NCBI GenBank assembly: GCA_015523565.1
Contig: WAKA01000084.1
Location: 1-41,452, forward strand
Origin: Candidatus Heimdallarchaeota archaeon
Lineage (GTDB): Archaea > Asgardarchaeota > Heimdallarchaeia > Heimdallarchaeales > Kariarchaeaceae
Direction of reading: 5' to 3'
Length of the DNA stretch: 41,452 nucleotides
The stretch's first letter is position 1; the number at the start of each line of letters is the position of its first letter. The notes beneath the pieces were generated by a model. That model saw only the letters and a list, made by a program, of their open reading frames with translations, did no database searches and was not told where the DNA came from. A program made the translations under genes and the position numbers. This document shows, in pieces, positions 10,005-19,975 of this stretch.

Positions 10005-11582
10005 ATGAAAAAAACATGGTTTTTTATAATGATTCTCCTAATTGGTTTTTTTCCACAAGGTTCCTCACAAACTATTTCCTCTCCAAATGTCATTCTCATG
10101 ATTGGAGATGGGATGGGACCAGAGGAGATAAAGTTGGCAAGTCTTGTTGAATACGGCGCTGAAAACCTTTCAATTATGGATCAATTCCCAGTACAGGCAT
10201 TTTATAAAACAGACAATGTTGATGGGGAATTAACTGACAGTGCTGCGGGTGGAACTGCCATTGCCACTGGGCAATTGACTAAAAATTCAGTCATTTCCAT
10301 GGATGCCACCAAATCAATTCGGATAAAAACAATTTTGGAATACCTGAGAGATGATTTTGGATATTCCACTGGCTTGATCACAACCACCGAATTTGCCCAT
10401 GCAACTCCTGCTGTTTTTGGTAGTCATACCACCAATAGAGATAACAAAAAAGAAATCAAGGATCAATTACTTTCCAGCGGCATTGACCTAATCCTTGGAG
10501 GGGGAAGGGAAGTTTCTTATGTGGGGGGTGCTGATGCCGCCAAATCCATGGGTGAAAAATACGGGTATACTACAGTTACGAATGTAAATGAACTTAATTC
10601 CCTTGACAACTCATCCGACAAGGTTCTTGGTGTATTCGGAACCATAAACATGCCTTTTGAACTTGAACGGAACCCTTCCGTGGATCCTAGTTTGATAGAA
10701 ATGACTTCTTTTGGCCTTAAATATTTGCAAAGCAAGAACAATCCATTTTTTGTAATGATTGAAGGTGGGCGGATTGACCAAGCAGGTCATTTGCCTCTAT
10801 ACTTTGAAAATAAAACTCTGTACAACGCAATGGAAACCATAATGTTCGAAAAATCTGTTCGACTTGCCTTGGATTTTGCCAAAAAAGTTGGCAACACGAT
10901 TGTTGTTGTTGCGGCAGACCATGAGACAGGTGGATTACAAATCCATGATTACTCCAATTTGGACAATGACTTGCCAGAAGAAGGACTTTCTCGCGATGAA
11001 AACAATAGGAGAAGAATTGCGCGAGTAAATGAAATTAATGCTTCATGGTTAAGTACATCGCATACCCCTACACCAGTTAAATTTTTTGGATACGGCTCTG
11101 ATTTTGGAAATATCGTGATTGATACTATTGATGATGTGTTTTGGGCAATCAATGCTGCTTTGGGATCATTTCCAACAATTCGAAATGATAAATGGTCATT
11201 TACAGACTCTTCAATATCTCTTTCATTCTCGATTGAAGACCGTGATTATTCCACAACTGGATATGAAGTTACTGGGGAGTTTGAAAATGGCTCTACTTAT
11301 TCTTCAGGAATAATCCCCGTCAACCTTGAAAAGAATGATTTCTTCAATGTGACAATCCCCATAACCAATTCAAGCCAAAGATTTACCTTTCAAATAAAGG
11401 TTTTTGATGGAACCGAAAGTACCAGTTCTCTGAAAAAAGTATTTGACGGCATTGAAGAAACTTCCATGAATTCTTCCATTTCTTCATCAGTTGAAAATGC
11501 AGTACTCTCTCCCATATTTGCGATTGCATTTGGAATTCCTTTAATCATCAGGAAACGGAAAGTCCTTCAACAAACTTCCTAA
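10005..11582 (+). CDS. Secreted/surface-anchored alkaline phosphatase (PhoA superfamily) with C-terminal beta-rich domain and sorting-type tail
   Basis: Signal MKKTWFFIMILLIG; IGDGMG, TDSAAGGTA, HATPA, EGGRIDQAGH, ADHETGG; tail SPIFAIAFGIPLIIRKRK. Confidence 0.92.
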   Translation: MKKTWFFIMILLIGFFPQGSSQTISSPNVILMIGDGMGPEEIKLASLVEYGAENLSIMDQFPVQAFYKTDNVDGELTDSAAGGTAIATGQLTKNSVISMDATKSIRIKTILEYLRDDFGYSTGLITTTEFAHATPAVFGSHTTNRDNKKEIKDQLLSSGIDLILGGGREVSYVGGADAAKSMGEKYGYTTVTNVNELNSLDNSSDKVLGVFGTINMPFELERNPSVDPSLIEMTSFGLKYLQSKNNPFFVMIEGGRIDQAGHLPLYFENKTLYNAMETIMFEKSVRLALDFAKKVGNTIVVVAADHETGGLQIHDYSNLDNDLPEEGLSRDENNRRRIARVNEINASWLSTSHTPTPVKFFGYGSDFGNIVIDTIDDVFWAINAALGSFPTIRNDKWSFTDSSISLSFSIEDRDYSTTGYEVTGEFENGSTYSSGIIPVNLEKNDFFNVTIPITNSSQRFTFQIKVFDGTESTSSLKKVFDGIEETSMNSSISSSVENAVLSPIFAIAFGIPLIIRKRKVLQQTS

Positions 11583-12429
11583 TTTCAGAGACAATAAACT
11601 GTGGATTATCTTCCTGAAGAAAATGACCTGCATTGGGGACTCCAACAAACTTTCCACGAGCCATCCTTTTTGCAAAATCTTCTCCATTTTGTTGGTTAAA
11701 TATTACATCCTTGTCTGAAAACATGATCAATGAGGGGATATCAATAGATTCAACCTTACTGTATATTTGAAGAAATAAAGGATGGTTGGGATGGTTCTTG
11801 CTTGTTGGTATCATTTTTGGAAACGCGGCTATGCCCGCCCGTTTTTCCTTTTCATTATTGGCATCCAAATAAACCTTCAAATCCTTCTCTGGAATTTTTC
11901 TAATCGTTCCTTTCTTGAACGCCACTTCCTGAAAGTATCCATTGAACAACAGTTTATTTGCTAATGGGCCTGTAAATGCAAATTTGAAAAGTAGAGGGAC
12001 TTTAACGACAGGCGTAGTCATTGTGTTCATTGCCACAATTCCAATAAATCGTTTCTGGTTTCGTACCAATGTCCCAAACCCAATTGGTCCGCCCCAATCT
12101 TGTCCAACCAAAATTATCTTGTCCAAATTCAATATTTCAATAAATTTTTCTACAATCTCAATATGCTTTGATAATGTGTATTTATCTATTTCCTTTGGCT
12201 TGTCAGACGCTCCAAATCCCAGTAGATCAATTGCATATGATCTGCCCGTTTTTGCCAACCCTTTCATGATATTCCTGTAAAGATATGCGGAGGTCGGATT
12301 TCCATGTATCATCAAAAAATTCACATTTCCTTCTCCATGGGCAAGATAGTGAATCTTGTAATCTTGAATCTCAACATAATCCCCCTTAATATCGAAATCA
12401 ATAGGATATGGTGGGCTGTTTACAGTCAC
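11548..12429 (-). CDS. Haloalkane dehalogenase-like alpha/beta hydrolase
   Basis: HGNPTSAYLYR, DLLGFGASDKP, GQDWGG (Asp nucleophile), GHFLQED. Confidence 0.88.
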   Translation of the reverse strand: MTVNSPPYPIDFDIKGDYVEIQDYKIHYLAHGEGNVNFLMIHGNPTSAYLYRNIMKGLAKTGRSYAIDLLGFGASDKPKEIDKYTLSKHIEIVEKFIEILNLDKIILVGQDWGGPIGFGTLVRNQKRFIGIVAMNTMTTPVVKVPLLFKFAFTGPLANKLLFNGYFQEVAFKKGTIRKIPEKDLKVYLDANNEKEKRAGIAAFPKMIPTSKNHPNHPLFLQIYSKVESIDIPSLIMFSDKDVIFNQQNGEDFAKRMARGKFVGVPNAGHFLQEDNPQFIVSEIRKFVEGLSVS

Positions 12430-12583
12430 TTTCTTTCAAAATAATATTTATGTAACCAAATAAGAACCTGTTCGGTAAAAAAAAGTTATGCAGTATCTTT
12501 TTTTTGGAAAATTGATGATTTTTCGAAAACCAATTCAATAAACTTTCGTGAAATTTTAATGCATCAAAAAATCACTCGATTTA

Positions 12584-13288
12584 ATGCTTAAAGAAGCAAT
12601 CATTCTTGCAGGAGGAAAAGGGACACGTCTAAGAAGTGTGACCCGAAATGTTTTCCCCAAAGGCTTGACTCCTGTAAAAAATAAACCCATTCTAGGATGG
12701 GAAATGGAATGGCTTGCACGAGAAGGAATACAAAAAGTGATTTTAGCGACAGGTCACTTGGCAGAAAGAATTGAGGACGCTTTTGGTACAAAATACGATA
12801 CTTCCTTTGGCTCATTGAATATTGAATATTCTGTTGAAAAAGAAAAATTGGGTAGTGGTGGTGCAATCAAGCTTGCTAAAGACCTTGTTGACGGTGATCT
12901 TGTAATTGTGTTGAATGGGGATATCCTGACCACTGCCTCTATCGATCCATTGGTAAAACTCCATGAAGATTTGGATGTATATGCAACAATGATGGGCGTT
13001 AACATGGTCAGTCCATTCGGGATTGTCCATCACGAAAATTCCCTTGTCACTAAATATGAGGAAAAACCGAGACTTCCTGTCCCAATTCATGCTGGTGTTG
13101 ACCTTTTTGATACAGATGTCCTTAACCGATTTCCCACTAAAGGACAAATGGAAGAAACAATTTTCCTAGAACTAGTTAAAGAAAGAAAATTTGGATTTCA
13201 TTTGATTTCTGATGATGTGTTCTGGATGTCGATAGATACCCAAAAAGATTTTGAAACTGCAAATAAAACTTGGCCGGGACTCTTGTAG
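12584..13288 (+). CDS. Sugar-phosphate nucleotidyltransferase (NTP_transferase family)
   Basis: ILAGGKGTRL...PK, EKLGSGGA, LNGD, EEKP, W-x-S-I-D-T. Confidence 0.9.
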   Translation: MLKEAIILAGGKGTRLRSVTRNVFPKGLTPVKNKPILGWEMEWLAREGIQKVILATGHLAERIEDAFGTKYDTSFGSLNIEYSVEKEKLGSGGAIKLAKDLVDGDLVIVLNGDILTTASIDPLVKLHEDLDVYATMMGVNMVSPFGIVHHENSLVTKYEEKPRLPVPIHAGVDLFDTDVLNRFPTKGQMEETIFLELVKERKFGFHLISDDVFWMSIDTQKDFETANKTWPGLL

Positions 13289-13382
13289 AAAGTTACAAGT
13301 ATTGATTTGTCTGAAATGTGATAAACTATCGTTTAGCTTTTATGATGATGAAATATTGATGAAAAGAGAATAAGGTGAAACT

Positions 13383-14465
13383 ATGACTCGAAAAATCAAA
13401 GTGGCAATTGCAGGCTTGGGTAACTGCGCTGCGGCAATAATACAAGGTTTAGAATACTACAAGGATGCTGCAGACGATGAAAAAGTTCCTGGTCTAATGC
13501 ATGTCCGATTTGGACCTTACCATGTCAGGGACATTGAAATTGTGGCGGCATTTGAGGTGAACCGACTGAAAATCGGAAAAGACGTGGCAGACGCTATCTG
13601 GGAACCTCCCAATTGTGTGAACAAGTTTGCAGATGTCCCGAAGACTGGCGTTATAGTCCAACCAGGTCCAATTTCTGATGGTGTAGCTCCCCATATGCGA
13701 GAATCATTTTATTGCTATGATGAAAGTAAAGTTAAGCCAGTTGATGTTGCACAAGTGTTGAAAGATACTGGTGCTGAAATTCTTGTGAATTTCCTTCCTG
13801 TCGGTTCTGAGGATGCAACAAAAATCTATGCACAAGCTGCTTTGGATGCAGGGGTCTCTTTTGCAAACGGCATCCCCTCATTTATCGTCTCTGATGAGGA
13901 ATGGGCCGAAAAATTCACTAAGGCTGGCATTCCTGCCGCAGGTGATGATATTAAATCCCAGCTTGGTGCCACAATTCTCCACCGAGTCTTGATGCAATTG
14001 ATGGATGATCGTGGTATAGCTGTTGACAGAACTCATCAACTCAATGTTGGTGGAAATACAGACTTTGAAAATATGAAGCATGAAGGACGATTGACAACGA
14101 AGAGAATCTCCAAAACTGAAGCCGTCACTTCTGTTCTTCCCTATGAGATTCCCGTAAGGATCGGTCCTTCCGACTATGTTCCGTTCCTCAAAGACAATAA
14201 AGTCTGTTACATCAATGCAGAAGGCAGAAATTTTGGAGACCAAAAAGTTATCATTAACCTAAAACTCTCTGTCCAAGATTCTCCAAATTCTGCTGGTGTC
14301 ATGATTGACGTGATTAGGGCCTTGGCAATTGCAAGGGATAGGGGGATTGCAGGACCATTATATAGCATGAGTGCATATGCATTCAAGCATCCACCCAAGC
14401 AGATCCCTGATTTTATTGCCAAGGAAAATGTTGAAAAGTTCATAAATGGAGAATTGGAGGCCTAA
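13383..14465 (+). CDS. ino1: myo-inositol-1-phosphate synthase (canonical)
   Basis: GLGNCA, GDDIKSQLGAT, QLNVGGNTDF, KRISKT, DNKV, DSPNSAG, FKHPP. AGGTGA SD upstream. Confidence 0.95.
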   Translation: MTRKIKVAIAGLGNCAAAIIQGLEYYKDAADDEKVPGLMHVRFGPYHVRDIEIVAAFEVNRLKIGKDVADAIWEPPNCVNKFADVPKTGVIVQPGPISDGVAPHMRESFYCYDESKVKPVDVAQVLKDTGAEILVNFLPVGSEDATKIYAQAALDAGVSFANGIPSFIVSDEEWAEKFTKAGIPAAGDDIKSQLGATILHRVLMQLMDDRGIAVDRTHQLNVGGNTDFENMKHEGRLTTKRISKTEAVTSVLPYEIPVRIGPSDYVPFLKDNKVCYINAEGRNFGDQKVIINLKLSVQDSPNSAGVMIDVIRALAIARDRGIAGPLYSMSAYAFKHPPKQIPDFIAKENVEKFINGELEA

Positions 14466-14467
14466 AA

Positions 14468-15526
14468 ATGTCTGGTATTAAAGTTGCAATAGCTGGAATT
14501 GGAAACTTGGCAAGTGGTTTTGTCCAAGGCATCCAATATTATAGTAAAAACTCGGAAGAAAATATTGCCCATCCACGACTCGGTGGATATGAAATCAAGG
14601 ATATCAAAATTGTCGCTGCTTTTGACATAGACGAACGTAAAGTTGGAAAAGACTTGTCTGAAGCCATTTTTGCTTATCCAAATAAAATGCCCAAAGTCAT
14701 TGATGTTCCTGAACAGGATGTTCCTGTCAAAATGGGTCCTGTTTTGGATGGGGTAGCTGAAACAGCTGAGGATGTTCTCAAGGTTGCCTCCGAAAAAGAA
14801 TGTGATGTCACTGAAGAGCTTAAGCAATCTGGTGCAGAAATGCTCATAATTGCTACACCTAGCGGTGCTGTCCAATCATGCGAAGCATACGCCCAAGCTG
14901 CGCTGAATGCAGGGATTGGTGTCATCAATGCAACTCCAACCCCCATTGCAAGAAATACAAAATGGGCAAGGGAATTCAGGCTTGCAAAGCTTCCTCTATT
15001 GGGTGATGACCTTCAGTCACAGGCAGGGGGAACTGCGTTCCATAAGGGACTAATTAAGCTTCTAAATGATATTGGTGTAAAGGTTGCTGATACATATCAA
15101 TTGGATGTATCTGGAGGACTGGAAGGTCTTACAACCCTTGACTTTGAAAGAAGAAACTATAAAAGGTCAGTTAAGGAACATTCCATAAAACAAGCCCTTG
15201 ATTATGATTTCGAAGTGGCGGCAGGAACAACCGATTATCTTGAATTCTTGGGATCAACACGCATCGGCTATTATTGGGTTGAAGGTAAAGGCTTCCTCGG
15301 TCAAACAGTCAAACTTGACATACAAATGGAATCCATTGACGGATCTAATGGTGCAGCCTCATTGACTGATGCAGTCAGAGTAATGAAAATCGCCTTAAAC
15401 AAAGTTGCCACTGGTCCATTGGTTTCTCCAGCTCCTTACCTGTTTAAAGCACCACCTGTTGTCATTCCACTAGACAAAACTCCACAAGCATTCGATGATT
15501 TCATTACTGGTAAGGTTCTACTCTGA
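14468..15526 (+). CDS. Second, divergent myo-inositol-1-phosphate synthase paralog
   Basis: Colinear with the upstream gene (GIGNLA, VAAFDID..KVGKDL, GDDLQSQ, KRSVKE, FKAPP) but with altered active-site segments. Confidence 0.85.
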   Translation: MSGIKVAIAGIGNLASGFVQGIQYYSKNSEENIAHPRLGGYEIKDIKIVAAFDIDERKVGKDLSEAIFAYPNKMPKVIDVPEQDVPVKMGPVLDGVAETAEDVLKVASEKECDVTEELKQSGAEMLIIATPSGAVQSCEAYAQAALNAGIGVINATPTPIARNTKWAREFRLAKLPLLGDDLQSQAGGTAFHKGLIKLLNDIGVKVADTYQLDVSGGLEGLTTLDFERRNYKRSVKEHSIKQALDYDFEVAAGTTDYLEFLGSTRIGYYWVEGKGFLGQTVKLDIQMESIDGSNGAASLTDAVRVMKIALNKVATGPLVSPAPYLFKAPPVVIPLDKTPQAFDDFITGKVLL

Positions 15527-16771
15527 TTTACGAATTCTTGCCGCATTTAAGTGTCCAAATAATCCTTCAACTTCCGCTAATTTCATGGTTGGCTCAATCA
15601 ATTTGTTTGTTTCCTCTATTTGTTGAAATGTCTGCATTTTCAGAAAATCTTTCACAGATAGTCCTCCAGTAAACCGAGCCGCCCCGTTTGTTGGTAGTGT
15701 ATGATTTGGTCCTGAACAATAGTCTCCAAAAACCTCCGCTGATTTATTTCCTATGAACAATGAACCATAGTTGGTGACATTGGAAATCAGCCAGTCTTTC
15801 TCGGATACCATGATTTCCAAATGTTCTGGTGCTTTTTTGTTTATTATGTCTACAGCCTGCATTCTATTGCTTACAAGAATGGTCATGCCATTTTTGATTG
15901 CCATTTTTGCAGTTTCCCTTGTAGGCAGAATTTCCAATTGCTGTTTTAGTTCTTCAACAACCTCTTGTGCAAGTTCCTTGTCCAATGCAACAAAAATGGG
16001 GATTGCCTCCACATCGTGTTCAGCCTGAGCCAAAAGATCTGCTGCAATATATTTTGGATTGGCAGAACGATCTGCAACTACCATGACTTCAGACGGTCCG
16101 GCAATCATATCAATCCCCACAATTCCAAAAACCTGTTTTTTTGCCATTGTTACATATTTGTTCCCTGGTCCAACTATTTTGTCAACTTTTGGAACACTTT
16201 CTGTTCCATATGCAAACGCTCCAATTGCCTGTGCCCCTCCAATCCTAAAAATTGAATCTGCTCCTGCAATATCCGCAGCAACTATTGTTTCTGCCTTGAT
16301 TTTCGGAGATGTCACCAAAATTTCCTTGACTCCTGCAACTTTGGCAGGAACAATTGTCATCAATGCAGTGGACGGTAATGCATATCTCCCACCTGGTATA
16401 TAACAGGCAACACGGTTAAGGGGAATAATCCTATGACCAACTACCCCATAATCTGTTTGGATTTCCAAGTCCTTGAACATCTTTTTTTGTTCTTCCGCAA
16501 ACATTTGGATGTTTCTTTTGGCAAACTTCAATGCTTCAATAAAATCCTGGTCTACTTTGGAATATGCGTTCTCTATCTCTTGTCTGTTTAATCGAAACTT
16601 TTTCTCTCCAATATTGTCGAATTTTTCGGAATATTGCCTTACTGCATTATCCCCTCTCATTTTTACATCTTTCAAAATCTCTGCTACAACTGATTCTGCA
16701 CTATTTGTCTCCTTTAGCATAAAGAAATCGGTTGATAGATTTTCGTACTGTGTAACTTCAAATAAAGTCAT
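15518..16771 (-). CDS. hisD: Histidinol dehydrogenase
   Basis: YIPGG...PST, GGAQAIGA, VGPGNKYV, GIDMIAGPSE, QAEHD, APEHLE, GDYCSGPNHTLPT. Start 16771 after GGAGGAG, ATGA overlap. Confidence 0.96.
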   Translation of the reverse strand: MTLFEVTQYENLSTDFFMLKETNSAESVVAEILKDVKMRGDNAVRQYSEKFDNIGEKKFRLNRQEIENAYSKVDQDFIEALKFAKRNIQMFAEEQKKMFKDLEIQTDYGVVGHRIIPLNRVACYIPGGRYALPSTALMTIVPAKVAGVKEILVTSPKIKAETIVAADIAGADSIFRIGGAQAIGAFAYGTESVPKVDKIVGPGNKYVTMAKKQVFGIVGIDMIAGPSEVMVVADRSANPKYIAADLLAQAEHDVEAIPIFVALDKELAQEVVEELKQQLEILPTRETAKMAIKNGMTILVSNRMQAVDIINKKAPEHLEIMVSEKDWLISNVTNYGSLFIGNKSAEVFGDYCSGPNHTLPTNGAARFTGGLSVKDFLKMQTFQQIEETNKLIEPTMKLAEVEGLFGHLNAARIRKSE

Positions 16772-18030
16772 CTGTTTCTCCTCCATAACTCATCGATTAC
16801 CTGATCAAATTTTCCTCCATTTGCCCTTAGAAATACTAAAACAAAATATAATAGATCTGCTGTTTCCCAAATCAAATTTTCTCGGTTCTCAAAATTCAAC
16901 AACTCATTCATTTCCTCTTTGATTTTTTCTTTCAGCATCTCATTATTGTTGAGCAACTGCCAAGTATAAGATTCTTCATTCCTGCCTTCTGCCCTCTCAT
17001 TTATAATTGAAAACAATTTATTTAAATTGTATCCCTGTTCTTGGAAGCAAGTTTCTGTATTTCTATGACATGCTCCTTGTCCCTTCTGCCTGACCGTAAA
17101 AAGTAACGTATCCCTGTCACAATCATATCTTGCTTTTATGAATTCCTGAAAATTCCCTGATTTCTCACCTTTGACCCATAGTTTGTTTCTTGATCTACTG
17201 AAATATGTTGCCTGAGTTTGTTTGTAAACTGCTTGGGGTCTTAAATCCCCTAATGTCTTTTTCAATGAACCTGGTGTTGAATAGGCAAGCATCAAAACCT
17301 TTCCGCTGTCTGCATCTTGAACAATTGTCGGTATTTTCCCATTACATTTGGAAAAATTCAATACATTCACAAACAAGTCTTGTAATTGTATTTTCCCCGT
17401 ATATATGCTCATTCCCAATTGTGAATTTATTTCCATTTCTTCCAATCTCAATATTTCAAATTCCTGACTGATTCCACCAGCATATGTGATTTGATTTTCA
17501 GTGTGAGCTGAAATTTTTTCAACAAAGTCAAAATTTATGCCCTGCATTGTTCCTTCATTATTGATATCTGTCACCAAAAATTCAGTGCAGTAATCTGCAA
17601 GTTCTTCCATCTTTTCAATTGCTGTTCTTTCCGTTTTTTTTCTCCAACCATCTATGGCAACATTTCCATCCTTTACATCCAATGCCACAATTACTCTCTT
17701 TCTGTCAAAAACAGAAAGAAAATCTGGTGTAGCTTTTGTGCCAATGATAATCTTTTTCGCCCCATATCCCAATACCCTTTCCGCCTTGTCTACACTTCGT
17801 ATGCCTCCTCCCACCCTACAATCTGCAATTTGACAAATCTGCTGAACCAATTCTTCATTTCCCCCTCTCATAAAGGCAGAATCAAGGTCAATAACAGCAA
17901 TCTCCCCAATCCTGTTGAATTTCCTTGCCAAATCAAAAGGTCTTTCTATTTCTACCTGTTTTCTTTTTGGGTCTCCTTGAATAAGCTGTACCGCTTTGCC
18001 TGACATTATGTCTATACTTGGAATGATCAT
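16768..18030 (-). CDS. hisAIE: HisA-HisI-HisE fusion (ProFAR isomerase + PR-AMP cyclohydrolase + PR-ATP pyrophosphatase)
   Basis: IIPSID..GKAVQL, VGGGIRS (HisA); FSRSR..LWVKGEKSG, DCDRD, ACH..C (HisI); SYT..L, KIKEE, ETADLLY (HisE). Confidence 0.92.
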   Translation of the reverse strand: MIIPSIDIMSGKAVQLIQGDPKRKQVEIERPFDLARKFNRIGEIAVIDLDSAFMRGGNEELVQQICQIADCRVGGGIRSVDKAERVLGYGAKKIIIGTKATPDFLSVFDRKRVIVALDVKDGNVAIDGWRKKTERTAIEKMEELADYCTEFLVTDINNEGTMQGINFDFVEKISAHTENQITYAGGISQEFEILRLEEMEINSQLGMSIYTGKIQLQDLFVNVLNFSKCNGKIPTIVQDADSGKVLMLAYSTPGSLKKTLGDLRPQAVYKQTQATYFSRSRNKLWVKGEKSGNFQEFIKARYDCDRDTLLFTVRQKGQGACHRNTETCFQEQGYNLNKLFSIINERAEGRNEESYTWQLLNNNEMLKEKIKEEMNELLNFENRENLIWETADLLYFVLVFLRANGGKFDQVIDELWRRNR

Positions 18031-18794
18031 CTGTCTACCTCCTTTCTTACGGGAACATTATTCCCATCAAGAAAATCCTTCAACTGTCTAATAGTCAAAT
18101 TTCCATAATGAAATATGGATGCGGCCAATGCTCCACTTACATCTGTCCTCTCAAACAACTCCAAAAAATGCTCTTTTGCTCCCCCACCCCCTGAGGCAAT
18201 TACAGGGATATCAACCATTTCATTCACTTGTTTATACAGATCAATGTCAAACCCTGAACTTGTTCCATCTCTGTCCATCGAAGTAAGCAATATTTCCCCT
18301 GCACCAAGTTTCTCCACTTTTTGGATCCACTTCATTGCATCTAAATCCGTTTCCCTCGTCCCACCAGATATAAAGACTTTCCATTTATCTGCAATTCTTT
18401 TGACATCCACTGCAACAACAATGCATTGACTGCCAAACTTTCTTGAAGCCTCGCTAATCAATGCTGGATTGAGCACTGCCGCAGAATTTATGCTAACCTT
18501 GTCTGCTCCCGCTTCCAAGAGTCTTTTTATTTCTCCAATGCTTCTTATGCCCCCTCCGATCGTAAAAGGAATAAATACATTTTCTGCAACGTCTCGAATC
18601 AAGTTAACTGCTGTATCCCTTGCTTCTTGAGTTGCCGTGATATCTAAAAACACAAGTTCATCGGCACCCATCTGAGCATATTTTCCGCCTAAAACAACAG
18701 GATTGCCTACCTCTTTTACATTCTGAAAATTTATGCCCTTCACAACCTTTCCATTTTTTACGTCTAAACATGGAATGATTCTTTTCGTTAACAT
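18027..18794 (-). CDS. hisF: Imidazole glycerol phosphate synthase, cyclase subunit
   Basis: KRIIPCLDV, GADELVFLDI, GGGI, GAGEILLTSMDRDG, ASGG, LAASIFH. Confidence 0.97.
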   Translation of the reverse strand: MLTKRIIPCLDVKNGKVVKGINFQNVKEVGNPVVLGGKYAQMGADELVFLDITATQEARDTAVNLIRDVAENVFIPFTIGGGIRSIGEIKRLLEAGADKVSINSAAVLNPALISEASRKFGSQCIVVAVDVKRIADKWKVFISGGTRETDLDAMKWIQKVEKLGAGEILLTSMDRDGTSSGFDIDLYKQVNEMVDIPVIASGGGGAKEHFLELFERTDVSGALAASIFHYGNLTIRQLKDFLDGNNVPVRKEVDR

Positions 18795-19384
18795 TCCAGC
18801 CACCTCTTAAGAAATCTCAATCCAAGCATTCCTGACTTTTCTGGATGGAATTGTACTCCTATTGCATTGTCAAATTCAATTGCAGATGCAAACACTGTTC
18901 CTGCATTTTCTGTTGTTCCAATTGTATAGTTTCCATTACTGGGTTCTGGATAATATGAATTGACAAAATAGTAGTATCCGCTTTCAATCAATGAATTGGA
19001 AGACGCTTCCACCCAATTCCAGCCAATATGTGGTACTTTTCCCTTTCTAAATCTTTTAACTTCACCTTCAATTATCCCAAGTCCCATTGTCCCTGGTGAT
19101 TCCTCACTTTTCTCAAAAAGCATTTGATAGCCAAGACAAATTCCCAAAAAAGGGTTCCCATCATCTATCCAATCACCAATGGCATCAAAAATTCCAATTT
19201 TTTTTATTTCCCCAACTGCTGAGGAAAACTCGCCAACTCCTGGAATGATCAGTTTGTCAACTTTTTCCATGTGTTCTGAATTTTTGACAACTTGGCTTTT
19301 ATATCCCAAATACTTCAATGAATTTCTTACGCTTCCTATATTTCCCCCTCCATAATCTATAATTCCTATTATGCCTTTTTTCAT
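18788..19384 (-). CDS. hisH: Imidazole glycerol phosphate synthase, glutaminase subunit
   Basis: IDYGGGN, PGVG, GICLGYQ, PHIGWN, QFHPEKS. Confidence 0.96.
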   Translation of the reverse strand: MKKGIIGIIDYGGGNIGSVRNSLKYLGYKSQVVKNSEHMEKVDKLIIPGVGEFSSAVGEIKKIGIFDAIGDWIDDGNPFLGICLGYQMLFEKSEESPGTMGLGIIEGEVKRFRKGKVPHIGWNWVEASSNSLIESGYYYFVNSYYPEPSNGNYTIGTTENAGTVFASAIEFDNAIGVQFHPEKSGMLGLRFLKRWLEC

Positions 19385-19974
19385 AAAATCACTCCTTTAG
19401 TACTCGGTATTGTGTTGCTGGCACGTGGGTCTATATTCCATGCCTGTCTTAACGATTTTGCCAATCCCTTGAATATGGCTTCAAGCTTGTGATGATCATT
19501 CTCTCCAGCAAGCAATTTAATGGCAATGTTTGCCTGCATGCCGTTGGTTAAGGCCTCAAAGAAATGTTTTGTCAGATCTGTATCATAGTCTCCACAAAAT
19601 CTCCGCCGAAAGTCCGCTTCAAAATGAATATATGGTCTTCCACTGAGATCCACCGCTACCATTGCCAAAGCGTCGTCCATTGGATAGATAAAACTGCCTG
19701 CTCGAAAAATTCCACGATAGTCCCCCAATGCCTGCCTAATGCCTCTTCCAAGTACAATCCCTAAATCTTCAATTAAATGATGTTGATCCACTTCTATGTC
19801 TCCTTTTGCTATAATCCTAATATCCAACATAGAGTGCTTGCCCAATGCTTCTAACATGTGACCGAAAAACTTTATGGGAATGTCAATTTCCACCTCGCCC
19901 TGACCATCCAAGTCAAGTGAGATGAAAATATCTGTTTCCTTTGTTTTCCTGCTAAGCTCTACTTTTCTTGCCAT
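19381..19974 (-). CDS. hisB: Imidazoleglycerol-phosphate dehydratase (monofunctional)
   Basis: RKTKET, DQHHLIED, PMDDA, NDHHKLEAIFK, PSTKG. Confidence 0.97.
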   Translation of the reverse strand: MARKVELSRKTKETDIFISLDLDGQGEVEIDIPIKFFGHMLEALGKHSMLDIRIIAKGDIEVDQHHLIEDLGIVLGRGIRQALGDYRGIFRAGSFIYPMDDALAMVAVDLSGRPYIHFEADFRRRFCGDYDTDLTKHFFEALTNGMQANIAIKLLAGENDHHKLEAIFKGLAKSLRQAWNIDPRASNTIPSTKGVIL

Positions 19975-19975
19975 C

